Origin: Lama glama | Lineage: Eukaryota | Direction: 5' to 3' | Length of the DNA: 64,000 bases | Assembly (NCBI GenBank): GCA_028534125.1 | Contig: CM052817.1 | Location: 8,558,001 to 8,622,000 of the forward strand | In this document: positions 38,411 to 52,750 of the stretch, one piece after another | Layout of the letters: every line of letters begins with the position of its first letter | How positions within the stretch are numbered: the stretch's first letter is position 1 | Notes under the pieces: model-generated | What the model saw: only the letters and a program-made list of their open reading frames with translations | What the model was told of the DNA's origin: nothing | The model's database searches: none | Position numbers and translations under genes: made by a program

Positions 38411-41007
38411 AAAAAATCAACAATACTCAGCTGGAAATTATGTTAACATTTCTTTTTTTATCTCAGCCTGTTATTCTTGCCTTACTCCACATGGCTAGCT
38501 TAGACGATAGAGGGGGAGAAGATATGTAATGAATATCAGTAAGTATTAGAAACACCGAAATACCATTCATTAATTATTAGGCACTGTTATAAAGACCTGG
38601 CATATTTTAACTCAATCCTCACACTACCTCTAAAGGTAGTTATTATCATTGTTCCCAGTTGATGAGGACATGGAGTTTAGGTAAGTCTCCCAAGGGAAAA
38701 ATGGCTAGTAGGTTTAGGTCTGTGATATGGATCAAGAGTCCGTGTTTTTAAATCACCACGCCAGACTGATTCTCAAAAAGGCAGGGGCTTAGAGGATGGT
38801 CAGTTAGTGAAAATGTGGAGGAGGGCAAATATCAACATTTCAGAAAGTCCTAGAGAGAAACCACATCGAAGAAGGGCCTATAAAACCTGTTTATTCCAAT
38901 TGCAGGTGGACATGTACATTGAGAGGCAGGGTATTATTAATAATTTTTATGGAAAGACAAAGTCCAAGTTGGCAGAGCTTCCTGCCACACAGCCAAGGGC
39001 TTGATCTGATAGAAAATGTGTCTAGTGCAGTGTTTCATTTATTCAAGGAGTCTCTCCACTCCAGCCACTCTTCTAGCCACTCTTAAGGTTGGATTTCTGG
39101 TACATTACCTCCATTCTGCTCGTGTCTTAGATCCTATTTTCTAGCTCCTAAGGGCTGCTAACTTAGTTGTCTGTTGTCAAAGTTAATTTTTCTCTCAGCC
39201 GCTGCCTTCTTTAATGCAAGGCCCTGTCCTTCCCATCCCAGACTTCCAGGACTCTGGCTGATGTGCAAATCTCTGGACTTCCGTTTAGCTAGGATGAAGC
39301 ATAGAATACCAAAAGAATTTCTTCTGTGTCCAACAGAGAAAGAGCTGCTGGAATGGGTGTCTCTTAAGATTCTTTCTTGTTCTAATGATGAACATTTTTT
39401 TTTTCAGTTTGCAAATGGTCCCATCATTTAATAGTGTTTATGACAATATGTAATAAACACTGTAAAAAAGTATGAGTTGTTCTGGGAGGTGTTAGCTCAT
39501 TAAAATGAATGCTTACTAGATTCTGTAGCAAGGTTTGGAAGCGTGGTACTAACTCATGTAAATTACCAAGACAAATGTGTTTTAGAACTAATAAACTGTG
39601 TCCTGATTCATTAATAGTCAGATCCAACATCTCCCTGTTGGTTCCCCAGAAAAGTTGAGTGGAGATCGGTGGAAGAGAAATTGCTGCCTGTGTTCTGCCA
39701 ACCTTCAGGCATTCTGATTAGCATGTGTGATTTGGAGGCTGTCTTTTGTGATGCTGTGCATCTGCGATATTGCCCTCCCGTTTTTGATCCTGCAAGCTCT
39801 GGAAAGGCCTCAGAGCTCAGTACATTCTTCCTGCCAATGCTTGATGTGAAGTCGTTGGATTTATGCAGACTCCCCAGCCTCCTTCTGGCTCAAAAAAAAA
39901 AAAAAAAAGAAATGCTTTACTGAGCTCGGAAGGGGGTTGCCAGATTAAGCTCAGCACAGGTGAGTGGCAATGGACTCAGTCCAAACAGTAAACAAGCATA
40001 TCTCCTGTCTCAGAAGCACAGTGGAGCCACAGGCATAAATATGCAATAAAGCTGCACTGAGGGGAGGCAAACTCATGTTTTATAATGTATTTATGTCCTA
40101 CACAGCATCTGAGATTCCAGGCACAGATGAGACTGTGGCTGGTGGGGTTTTTCCAGGAAAAAAGCACTTTCCTCATTACTTAGTAAAAACACGATTTGAT
40201 TTGCAATAGGTAGATACTTTGAAATATGCCTTTGCTGATAATTTTGCTTTCAAGCCTTGTTGTTTAATTTTATTTTATCCAAGCTGCTTCAAGAACAAAA
40301 GATTGAAAGATGTGTTCAACAGAAACACGTTGTCCTGGGAAGTCACATGTCTCTAGACCTCAGTGATCTGGGGAAGTTCTCTCACCTTTTACAATTTTTT
40401 TTACAATTTACAAAGTTGACCTTTCATAGTGCATCTGATAGGGATGTTGACTAAATCCGTGGGGCACTGAAAACTTTATTGCATGAGCTCATGAGTGTCC
40501 TTTGATTTCTCTAAGAAGGCATATTTCCCAGTTTACATTTGAGAAAAATGAGACTCAGGATAGCTAAGGAAACCGCCCACTATCATACAGCAAGCCGGCA
40601 ATATACAAGAACTAACTCATGTCTCCTCATTTTAAGTCTCATGCTTGCCTCACTCCATTTAAGTGCCTTTTGGTGGGGAAACGAGCATGCCCTCTTCACT
40701 ACTTCTACGTCCTGCATTTTCACCTCTTCTGGGGAGTAGACCTTGCTGAGCTGAATCTGTCCGCCCCGACGCTGGCTCCTATCACCTTGTGTTTGTAGAA
40801 GACAGATGCATGCCAGATGGGAGTCTATAAGCAGCCAACTTTGATGCTTTTCTGGTGCAGAATTTACTATACACCCAGGAGAATAAAGGGAGCTATAAGA
40901 TTGAGTTAGTCAGGCAATAGTCAGGCAAGATCTTGAGTGCCTTCTAAGTTCCAAATATATGGTTTTTATCTTTTAGACTGTTTGGAGAAACCAGATTTTT
41001 ATGAATA

Positions 41008-41118
41008 TATCCATCTATCCATGTACCTCCCATCCTATCATCCATCCATCCATCCTACTATTCATCCCGCTATCCACCCTACTATCCATACATCCAGTCA
41101 TCCACCCATTCTTCCAAT
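41008..41118. repeat. Degenerate (ATCC)n
   Basis: atccatctatccatg...tccatccatccatcc. Confidence 0.85.
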
Positions 41119-41914
41119 CATTAATAAGTTTAAATCATTTAAGTGCTAAATAATATGTAATAGGGTCTCCTCCAAAGAAAAAATAAATAAAGGGAGAAAA
41201 AAATAAACCTCAACACACAAAACAAATAAAATTCCTTTGGACTTAGTATACTCAAACTAAGACTAAAAATTATCTTCTTGAGAGTAAATTGCCACATTTA
41301 TGTTTTCTGCATCCTACTAGGGGCCAAGTATTCACTTAATAAGCTTATGTCCATACTATATGTTGAGTCTGTATAGTGACCACAGCCAGAATTGCCTTGA
41401 CATATTGGACTACTTTCTTCCATTCTCATGTCATATATTTCATGCCAATGAATATAGCTGACCTCAAACATATTCCTCAAAGTTTTCTTTCCTTTTCTTT
41501 CTAAGATGAAGAATCTCAGACATAAAGGAAGTGCTTTGACAGTAGCTTTGAAAGCTTTCTTATATGTGGATTTACTGTTCTAGTTATAACTATCAGCCTG
41601 TACTAGTGTGTCTTTTCTATGTAATTGAATACTTAAAACAATGAAATATGCTTCATAAAATGCAGGTGTAAAATCAATTGCAGCAAGATTTTTTTTTAAC
41701 AGCCTATCAAGATTTATTGACATTGATTTTATTTTATTTATTTTTCATTAGATTTATACTTCAGTTTCACTACCTCAATTTCTTATTAAGAGACTGCATA
41801 AAAAATAAGTCTTTATGCAAAAGTCCAAGTTAAACAAGGACTAGACACAACTCAGTGAATGCATTATTGTAAAAATGAAATATTCACCAAAAATACAGGA
41901 GACAAAAAAGAAGA

Positions 41915-42130
41915 GCTAATGTTTACTGGGTCCTTACTAAGTATCAGGCACCAAGTAAACACACATGATTAATTAATTTACCTTCACAACAGTTCTTTAA
42001 GTTAAGCAGCACTGTTACCCCATCTTACAGTCTGGCAGTTGGGGCATGTGTGAATTACGCAGTCCATCCAGCAGTACGGAGCTAGTCAGTGGTGGAGCAG
42101 GGACTCAGAACCACATTGTCTGAATCCCAC
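41915..42130 (-). mobile_element. MIR
   Basis: agctaatgtttactgggtccttactaagtatcaggcac...ccccatcttacag...agctagtcagtggtggagcagggactc. Confidence 0.65.
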
Positions 42131-42774
42131 TACTGTTATTTTCTTTAAGGAACCTTGGATCCATCAAGGCTCACTCTTCAGCTAATAGGAAAAGAAGCTT
42201 CCATTTCCCCTTTCTCTTAGCTTCTTTTCTCAGCAAAGAAAGAAACATTCAGGGATTGGTGAAAACACTTCAGATAGCAAAGTAAGCTACCTGCTTCCTT
42301 GTAGCTAGAAAAGTGTTAAAAGAGAATTTCAAAGAGTGAGTGAGATATGAGAGTGGGTGGGACTCTGGACATGCTATTTGGAAGGACAAATAAAAGATAA
42401 TGAAGTGAAATTTTGGCTACAATAGTAATCCATCTGTACTTCAGTTAAAGTGACAAGGGATAGTAGAAGACAAAGTTTGGTTGAGGGTACAGTTAGTTTG
42501 AAAATGTAAAAAGAACACTATAAGCAGGAAGGTAGATAAGTGAAGACACCTGCGCATATTGGAGAAGGTGGGAGCAGGGGACTGGTGGGTTTGAGAGTTA
42601 TATTCCTTTAGGAAAATATTAACGAGGGGAGAATGTTGGTGGTGTATAATCTGCTTGTCCTCATTACAGCCTAGATTTCAATGTACTGTGGCTTAACTTC
42701 TACTGTTTGACGTAAAAATCCCCCCAAGGGTGGATTCTCTCTACCTGCTTCTAGCAACTTTGTCCCTTGGCAGG

Positions 42775-43263
42775 TGCATTTGTTTCCAAGGGCTGCCATG
42801 ATACCACAAACCTAGTGGCTTAAAACAACCAAAACTTATTGTCTCACTGTTCAGGAAGCTGGAAGTCCAAAATCAAGGTGTAGGCAAGATTGGTTCCTTT
42901 TGGAGACTCTTAGGAATAATTTGCTCCATGCCTCTCTTCCAGCCTCTTGTGGCTATGGGCAATCCTTGGCATTACTTGGCTAGGAGATGTATCACTTCAG
43001 TGTCTCCCTCCATCCCTTGCATAGTCGTCTTCCATCTGTGTCTCTCTGTCTTCACATGGTGTTCTCCCTGTGTGTCGGTGTCCAAAATTCCCTCTTCATA
43101 TAAAATCACCAGTCATACTTGATTAAGTTCACCCTATTGACATCACTAGATTGATTCTATCTACAAAACACCTATTTACAAATAAGGACCTCTTTATAGG
43201 CACCGGGTGTTAAGACTTCAGCACATATTTTTTTTAGGGGGGGACACAATTCAAATTACAAAA
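42775..43263 (-). mobile_element. MLT1C-like solo LTR
   Basis: agggctgccatgataccacaaacctagtggcttaaaacaac...ggaagtccaaaatcaaggtg...gggacacaattcaa. Confidence 0.85.
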
Positions 43264-46200
43264 TCAGAATTAGTGGGTATGATGCTCACTGCTTCCTCAC
43301 ATGCTGGTTTTCCAGATTCTACAACTGACAAAACCAAGGCTTAGAATTTTCACTATCAGGTTTTATTTGCATGAGTGGTTCTCAGAGTTTCATAGCATAT
43401 GTAGTGAGCCAAAGGCATTTCCAGGAATCTCAATTCCAACAGCCAGTTCTTCCCTACTCACCTGTCTGACCACTCTGGAGGGATGGTCAACATGAGGCCA
43501 AATCATTTGCACTGAGGATACTACAACATATTCAAAATATCTACTAATCAAGAACATGTGAGCCCACCTTCTCATAAGGAACGAGAGCTTTTGGGTCTGA
43601 ACAATGACAAGCTGAGCCAATTATTATTGGGGGAACCTACAGTGAAGGAGGAGAAGAATATGAAATGAACGTTAGTCACAGTACTGTACTGACAGACCCA
43701 GTTTCTACTATCCAAACTTCAGGAGTCAGAGCTCTGAGTTTCAAAATCTAGTTCACTGAAGATTTTAATGGAAGAAGTGATTAAGATGGAAATTTCTGCA
43801 TGCTCAAGCCTATTAATTTGGAAAGAAGTTGAAATAATTTTATTTAAAATAGGTGGATAATTAAATCAAGAAAAAAACTTTGGAAGGGGTTTAATTGATC
43901 TGCTCTTTAAGATTAAAGAGTTTAGAGAATCAGGTGACTCTGAACAAGGCAAATGTTCAAACTCTCAATTGCATTTTTACACTGCTATGGCAGAGGTATG
44001 GACTCACCAGACTCATGCTCTAAAAGGAGAATATACACTTTGTCTCTGCTGATTTGTTTGAGGAATTAGAGGCCCTCAGAAGCAAACTGCACATGTGTAT
44101 TGGGCAGATGGAGACTTGAGATGGCACCTAATTCCTATTCCTACACTACTCTGATGTCAGTGGAATCACAACTGTCAAAGAATTGTAGAGCCATGCAGTA
44201 GAAATGAAAACCTAATTTCAGAAACAACTCATAAGTTTGATGGACATGCATCATATCTTATGCTTCCATGTCTGTCTTTAGACTCCCAACTCTCAGCGTG
44301 TATCTCAGTCATTTTTGAAACTCTTTTGAGGTTGAACCTCTTTGAGGTTGAGTTTCCAGAAAATCTGACTGAACGCAAGGCACGATATGGCTGCCAAGAA
44401 GATGGCAGAGCACAACAATTTGAGAGATAGGCATAGAAACCCCAGAGATGGCTAATAAATTGTAATTCTGTGAACAGATTTTGGAATGTTGAGTCTATTG
44501 GGCTATGTGAGGTTGTATTCTGTTTCATAAAATGACTGAAACCTGAACATTGAATCACCTTCAATAGGATATAGGCTTGGAGTTAGCATGGAGCTGGTGC
44601 CTCACAAAACATTCCACTTTTAACAGCTGCGTCCTAATTGATTTGATCAAAATTGGTCATTGACTATCAATAGACTACAGCAGCACACTCTTTTAAGAAT
44701 AAAATTGATTGGGTTTATTTAGGCTGTTTTTGTATTACTTTACAAATCCATTCATTTACATAGCTGATAGTCTAATACTTTCCATTGCAATTGTTCAACA
44801 TTCCATGAGGACTTTTGATCAAGAGAGCTACCACTGAGAAAAGAATGTAGATTTGTGGTAAATCTCCATGATTTTCTTGAATTGTCAGGACTTCTGACCA
44901 TCACTAGTGAGGAACTTACAATGCTGACAGCTCTTTACCTAAGCTTTTTCATTTGTCAACTACTGAGAGCTTTCGGGGTACCTGGATGTTGCAACAGAGC
45001 TGTGTTCTAGGCTTCATCACTTCCTTCTGAGCTCTGAGCGCTGAATCTGTTTTATTCTTTCTGTTGTTGTTTGCTTTTAATATGAGGAAGAGTTCTCTTC
45101 CCTACCTATTTCAGTTTCTGTTTCCTTAATCATAGACCTGAGAAAATTTACTTGGTTTCCCAATAACCTGGGAAAGTTCAAAACAGAAACCATTCAGTGG
45201 CTGTCATCAGCATCTTAAGTAGTCCTTGTGAAATATGGCCAAGTGTTGCCATGGAAATGTGGTGTCCTAGATGGAAGGACATTCTGGATTTCACAGATTG
45301 CTTCATTCTTTTATCAGAAATGTCATTTTAATGATGGCGCCTACAGGGTGAGCTGTAACATCTTATCTAATCTAAACATCTTTCTTCCTCTCCTTCCAAG
45401 TTGTGGAAGCCAATGATCTCATTCCATCTCTGGCCCCCAGTGAGGTTTAAATTACACAAGCAAGATATATTTATTATCCAAATGCTGAAGATTGTTGGGG
45501 GTAAGGAGTGATTGTTTAGCATCAACATTAATGACAGTTAGAAATCAGATACAGGGATATGAAATTCTAAGCCTCTGATGTGTTCTGAAAAATTAAATAA
45601 CTGCCTTGCATTAGTTGGCGCCTTTTTAAGAGGGTCTAGGGTGGATGACTGAGGAATAAATAAATGGATTCTCTTTTTAAATTAACACAAGACAAGACTG
45701 GAAAAGAAAGAAAAAAGAAACAAGAGCTGTATTATGATGAATATTGAAAACATGTTAAAAGGTGAATTCAGTATTTATTTTAGGGTTTTCTTCTCATTGT
45801 GTCAAAATTGTCACAGATTTTAGTACAGATAAATTTTTTTTAATGAGGGAGGTGCATAAGACAGGTATATATGTAGAAAATCTCACGTGAAACTCAAGAG
45901 CTTCAAACAAACAACTATGTTCTACTTCTCCATGACTGCAGTGTCTTATTTAAAACTCAGTGTCTTATTGGCAGAATGCAGACATGCTTCACTGAGTTAT
46001 TCAACTGTCAAGCCATGGACACAGTATTGGGCACAGCTAGAATGAGGAAGGACTCTTGTCTCTCAGTAACTCTTCCCTCTCTGCTGCTAATCCAGCACCA
46101 TGGCTTTTGACAACTCTTGAGTTTCATCTATTTCAAGAGATTACCTGGATTCCCTGTATCAAAAGGCTAAAGTATTGAGTCAGGGCTCTGGCTGACCTGG

Positions 46201-48248
46201 TCTGGATTAGATACCTACCACTGGATGAATCACTGAAGCCAAAAGTTAGGTATCCTGATAACGAGAATGCTGGTTTCAATGGCAACCTTGTGGTAAACAA
46301 TAGTATCACCCAGAAACCTAGGGTGAGAAGCAATTCTTTGGTTAGCCAACACTCCTGTTTGTCACATAATTGAAAATGCCTTCCCATCTTCTGTGACTGT
46401 TATCAAGACCAGTGCACACATTGCCCCCATCTCTAGAGAAAAATGTAAGATCGTGTGATATGAAGTTTACATGCCCTGTAAAGTTGATGAAGCAGGAACC
46501 CTGCCTTTCCATCCATACATCCCTATCTAGATCAAAGCCTGGCACTGTGGCTTCTCAGCAAACATGCTGAATGAATAAATAGGAAAAAAGATCTGGCTTT
46601 ATTTTATTTCTTCTTACTATTTTATTCTCTTCTGTTTCCCTGCTTACTAGTGTTTAATCTTGTTGTTTTGTATATAATTTTGAAATCCACCTCAAATCCA
46701 AAGGAAAGGAAGGAAGTTGTTAAGATTTCAGGTGACCAGAAATAACACTCCCTTTCTCATTATGAGTTTAGAACTATTAAGAATAAGACGTGGAGAAAGT
46801 CTGAGGTAGAATATGACTTTAGGATTACAGTCAAATAGTTTTGCTTGTATTTCACTTCAGAGTTATGCAGACTTGTCAACCTAGCTGTTGCCACAGAGAG
46901 GCAATTACAGACATGCCCTGGAAAGGGCTGAGCAGAGCCTTCTCCATTTCTTCTCACATATTCATCACTCAGATAAATCTCTCTCTGTCTATTGGGAACA
47001 GAGGGAGTCAGAAGAGAGATCAACACTCTTTGTCTAGTACAAGTCCCTTATATGGAAACCCAGGCTTACAAGGGGATAGAAATTATTCCTTAACACATAT
47101 AAAGAAAGACATGGAGGAAAGAGAAAGGAAGTAGAAAATCTGCCAGGAAAAAAAAAATCAGACAAAACCAAGTTCTGATCTGGACACTCCTTTGACATAG
47201 TTAGCATCCATGCCGACCCTCTGTCCCTCCCCCACTCCACCCACCTCTGTTTCAGCAACTGCTTTCTTTCCTATCTTGCCTTTGAGTTTTTGTCACAGGG
47301 TTTCAATATCCTTGTTCTCTTCCTGAGACAAGTGACATTTAATAATTATAACAAAACTGGCAAAGATATCAAATCTCTCTATCATTTTCGGCTCAAACGT
47401 CCATTATCTTAATGTAGCTGTAATTATTAAATAGTTTCAAGACCTTTGGGATGAGAGGAAATCTTTGGTCATCACTTAGAATCCATCCCATGGAGTCTAA
47501 GACATGGATATGAGAAAAACTAAAACCCTTTTCTCTTTTCTCATGTTTACAATGTGGAAAGTGGTGAGGAAACTAGAATTATGTGAACTCAGCCCGATAT
47601 TTATTGGCTTTCTAACATATGTAAGACATTTTACCTCAAAAAGACTAAAATTAAGTTTGATTCATATACATATTTTTAAAATGATATTTAAGAGAACAAG
47701 ATAACACCATCAAAAGATGGCCCAGGACAACAGCCAGATGAGTTATATATAAGGGTAGAAGAAGGAAATTAAAACAAAACAAAAACAAACAATGACGATA
47801 ATGAAAAATATTTAAGCAAAAACAAAAACAAACAAACAAAAAGCTTCCCCCTTGTGCAGACATTTTGCCAGTTGCAAAGTAAGCGTGAACTGGATCACTA
47901 GAATGTACAGCATAGTAAAAAAACCCATAAAAGGTCCTGTTATTTTTTAAACTCTAAATAGTTAATTTAAGGCTTTTCATGAAAGGTGAAAGAAAATTTA
48001 TGTATGAGTCAATCAAGAACATGAACAAACATCTAACAGATAGTCTTCTCTCATAGACTTCAAAATCCATGAAAACATATCTTTCCTAAGTGGTAGAGAG
48101 ATAAAGGAATAAAGCAAGGAATGAAAACAGCTGCACATTAGTGATAAAAGTACCAGAGGATATGAGTTGTACTTTAAGTTCTGCTTCAATTGTTTTTCTG
48201 AAAATATAAATGCAACCTCTTACATTAATTTTTTAAATCACAATTTAA

Positions 48249-48278
48249 ATATATATTATATATATATATATATATATA
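48249..48278. repeat. (TA)n microsatellite
   Basis: Read directly from the sequence. Confidence 0.92.
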
Positions 48279-48405
48279 AAATTTTTTTTAAACTGACATT
48301 GAATGCTACATTTTCTGAGATTCAGCAGTCCACATCTGGAAATTAGATATTGGCTAAAGCAAGACCTGAGGACTCCTACAAGAAAATGCAGGCAACAATG
48401 TCGAC

Positions 48406-48424
48406 TGACCTCTAGAGGGCTCCC
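48406..48424 (+). promoter_or_regulatory. Candidate CTCF motif
   Basis: tgacctctagagggctccc resembles the CTCF core CC(A/T)(C/G)YAG(A/G)(G/T)GGC. It lies in apparently non-repeat sequence. Motif match only. Confidence 0.4.
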
Positions 48425-51289
48425 TGTAAACCAGATCTGTTTCACGAAATGATACCAGTCATCATAGAGGGAAGCACTTTCCTTTAAAGGCGGTTTACAC
48501 AGATTTGAAAGATTTTTCCTTAGAGATACTCATGCCTAACTTGCTTTTCCAGATGACGAATGAATGTTCACCAACCTCCAGGCATAGCTTGGTACATTAC
48601 AAATCTTAATCTGGGTTATTTGCCTTCTCTGTAGTGCTGAACAAACTGTACGCTCCAGGTGTGCCCAGTTGCCTTTGTACCCAGCACCACAGTACCCTGC
48701 ATAGAACTGGGTGACCAAGAAATACGTGTTGATTTGAATCGATCTGCTCTTGTGGTTCAAATGGTGTCTGGAAAATACTATCAACACAAGATGAAGCAGG
48801 AAATAATGAAAACACATTTGACATTTTTGTAGCCTGTAATACTTAACACACACTTTCATGTGTATTACCTTCTTGAAGGCTTAAAATACTAGTGAATCAG
48901 GCTTTATTATTGTTTACATAGATGAGATGATTGCATCTAAGGGACCCGATGTAATAAAGCGGAGATTCAAATTTAGTTCTTTTGATTTCAATCTCAGTGA
49001 CCTTTTCATTGACTCATTGCTGCTTCTGATTATCCAAATAACGAAGTGACAAATTGGTAACCTTTCTTAAAAGTGTCCCTTGGTAAATAGACCCATAAAA
49101 CCTGAGCAAGGGAGAATGCGTTAGACGTGTTCTCACCTAATTAAAGCTGGTTGACTCATGAAGGAAAGCAGGTAGTGGGGCCTTTATGTATCAACTCCTG
49201 GGGAGACTGAAGGCCTCAAGCCTCATTGTTCAACTTAACAGGTGCCAGGAGTAGAGATCAGAGCCAGAGAGGAGAGCCATTCTCTTAGTTGAAAAACCAA
49301 GAGAGGTAAACAGATCTCCAGGATGGTCCCCAGGTCACAGGATGAACAAGGCCAGAGCTGAGTATCAGGTATGAATGAGAAATCACGTGGAGGAGCACAA
49401 GAGAAAGTAATCAGCATGGGGTCCGGTGGACCTGAACCTGACCCCAGGTGACTGGGTCTGACTGCAGAGTCCTAGTTTCTTTCACCCATGCTGTTTCTAT
49501 CTTACTGACGCAGGGCTCAGAACAGGAGGAGGAAGAAGGGATAGAAATTGTTAATCTAAAAACAAACAAATGATTCATTTTCTTCCTACTCATCAAATGA
49601 TACCTGGCAGTTAACCTGGGGAATCAATCATAACCAAGAGAAATGCATGCTTTGATAAATAGAACATCTCTATATTTGGAAATAAGTTGGAAATAAGGTT
49701 GATGGGACTGTTTCTAGACAAAGCACTGAGTGTGATAAAATATATTAAGGGCTGAAATGGACAAAAGGTGACAGAGAAGAGAGGATAAGTTCCCAAAGGT
49801 CAGTGGCACCAACCTTGCAATCTTGCTATGGACTTGTCTTCCATCGCATTGCAAGACCAAGAAAGCCCAGAGGCTAAGAGTACAGGCTGCCTGGGTTTGA
49901 ATTTTTTGTGCCTGTCATTCACTTAGCTGTATGCTTTGAAAATATTTTGTAAAATTAAATTTCTCTTCTGTAAAATCAGGATACTATAGCACCTATTTCT
50001 TGGGTTGTTGTAAGAAAAAGTCTTCATTTATTCTAGGGCTTTTTCAACGTTACAGAAGTCCTAGTTTAAACATTAAAATAATTATATATGTGTCTTATTC
50101 AGATCAGTAAACCCCCAATAAATTTCAGCTATTTTGATGGGAGTGGGACTTTGGTGGATGAGGCATGACTACGCTGGGAAAGTGCAGCAATTTGCACAAG
50201 CAGAAAATCAGATCGGATGTCACATCCTTAGGATACAGATACCTCTTCAGGGTCTACATGAAAAGTCTGGACGTTTTAGCATGAAAGACTTTATCGTACG
50301 TTAATGAAGTTCTTACCCATATCCCTCGTTTACCTCTTCAACTTTCCATCCCAAAGGAAGGCATGCTTCTGTTCTAATTTATCCATTAATTCAGCAGATA
50401 GTTAGTTATTGAACATCTATTCTCTGATGGCATGATCTGTTCCAAGCACTGAGATACAGTGGACAGAATTCCCTGCCCTCTGGGGACTTCTGTTTCACTG
50501 GGACTCCCTTAGGTCCTTGCTCATGTTCATCTCTGTGCTTCCTGGCTGTTGTGGTTACTGAAGGATGGAGAATGGGTTTCATTTTTGCTCTAAGTGATGA
50601 GGACCCTAAGCCTTTTTGCACTCTTATGTCCTTTGGATATTTTTCAGGAAAACTGAGCTTCATTTTGGTGCCTGCTACCCAACCAGCTACCAGAAGGGAT
50701 AGTTAAGAGGGATTCCAGAGTCCTACGTCCACTGGTGAGCTGAGCACAGGACCCTGCCTTCTCTCAGCTGGGGTCTACTGACACTGGCACGGAATCCTGC
50801 TCTTGATTTTTGGTGCCTTGTCATGAAAGCCCCCACCCAGTCATGAAACTGACTGGGATGGCATTTCCTCAGTCTCCATCAAGCCTGTCTGCACCCGACC
50901 CAGCTGTGCTCTCCCAGAGTGACTGTCCCATGGAACCTCCTGTGGGATGTTGGCAGAATCTTCTGTTCTTTGATAGTCACCTCTTTCTCCAAAGGTTATT
51001 GCCTTCCTGAGCTCCCTGCTATGTGCCATGCCAGGCACACCACCAAGACCTAATAAATGGTTGTCAAATGAATCCAGGTGGTCTGCAAGATGATCTTACA
51101 GAGTATGTGGATCAAGAATTTGCATTTTAAGAAGTTAATGTTTACTATAATGCTTTAGGAAAGACGTAACTTGAATGAATAGAGGAATAGATTTTTTTTT
51201 AAAGACCACCAGCTTTAATTGTGGCACAAAACTGATCAAAGTCTGAGTACCCTTGGCCCAGTGGCTGGTAATACAAGCTGTATAGTTTT

Positions 51290-51520
51290 ACTAGCTGGGT
51301 TTTAATCCTGGTTCAGACACAAACCAGAAAAGATCAGCTGAGTGACCTTGGGAAAGGGTTCTCTGGACCTCAGTTTCCTTATTAAAAATGAGGCTAAAAA
51401 GAGTACTTACCTTGTAGCATTGTGGCCAGTAAATGAAACATAAAATGTGTAATCTATGTGAAGTGCTAAACTCTGTAGCAGACATGTGAATATTGAGTAA
51501 ATGACTATTATTAATCATTG
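51290..51520 (+). mobile_element. MIR
   Basis: ctgggttttaatcctggttc...gtgaccttgggaaag...cctcagtttccttattaaaaatgagg. Confidence 0.75.
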
Positions 51521-52647
51521 CTATGATAACATAACTACCACCTTGTCAACTCCTACTTTGCATCCAAGTACCATTGAATGGAAAGCTCAGGATGCTGCCT
51601 GATCCTCAAGAACTTGCACAGGACTTGGAGTAGGCCCAGGGGTGTGCAGCGGACACCAGCAGACATGCTGAGAGGAACACAGGACATCAAGTGAGAACTG
51701 CGCAGGGCCAAGGAGAAGCTGAGGCCCAGGCAGACGTTTTGTGACTTAGCTCACGGGCACGTCTCCCAGGCAGTGGAATGGGAAGCCTGCAACCCCTTCT
51801 GACATCCCGGAGACTGCTCTGTCTTGCCAAATTTTTTAAATTGATGCACTTTATCCCTTGAAAAAGTGACCTGGCTTTTCTACATTTTAGATATATGGGT
51901 ACTGAGTCCGTATTCAAAGCTATGAAGCAGAAATTCCGCAGAGCAGTAAGGAGAACACACACATAAATAAGTTTTGTTTAATCATAAAACCTGAAGTTGG
52001 TTAGTCATTACATTGTAATCTAACCTGATCAAAACAAGGCAGCGCACATATGCCATATAAGCTTTTTCCCTTCTAAAAATATCTCATTATCGTCCACAGG
52101 AACAGCTATATATAGGTATTGTGTTTTTATGGCCTTTATTTCTGAAACATAAAAGGTTTTATGTTTCTAATCCCCAGACAATTTTTCATGGTATTTCTGT
52201 TTATCTTGCATTCTACTTTCAAACCATGTTTTGGGGGGAAAGTGCAATGATTTCAGGAAGGTCTAAAGTGTTTTTCAATTATTGTGAGTGAATCTGGGAC
52301 TAGAGGAGTCATTCAGCTCCTCTAATGTTAGACAGTTGCTCTGAGTGACAAGAGTTACTCAGGTTGGGTTTTCACCCTCTTGGTTTCTTTTGAATTCTCT
52401 GTGGTCCATCTCACTTTCTTTTGCGTTTCTTTGTTGTTTATTGCAGTGAGTTTCAGTGGGGTTTACCAAGACTGGTCTTGTTATAATAAAGAATGGTTTG
52501 GTTGAATGTTTTCCAAAATGAGAGTTTCATCATACAGAAAAGTAACAACCTGGAGTCAGTTTCAATGAACTTGGGGTGGATTTGGACAAAGAAGTCTGAG
52601 GACGTGAATAGAGCAGTGGTAAATTTTATGTACATTCCTCCCTAGGC

Positions 52648-52750
52648 AAGGCAATTCCTGTGCAGTCACAAAGGTCTCCACACTTAGAAGAGCCTTGACC
52701 TTGGTTTAATGCTCTGCTGGCACTATTTGACATTCTCAATTTTTGAACAA
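52648..52750 (+). mobile_element. MER91-like DNA transposon fragment
   Basis: cctgtgcagtcacaaagg...cttggtttaatgctctgctg...tttttgaacaa. Confidence 0.6.

Noticed and set aside
5797..39721. Shared 13-mer gcattctgattag at 5797 and 39709
   Set aside because: Tens of chance 13-mer pairs are expected in 64 kb, and there is no extended similarity.
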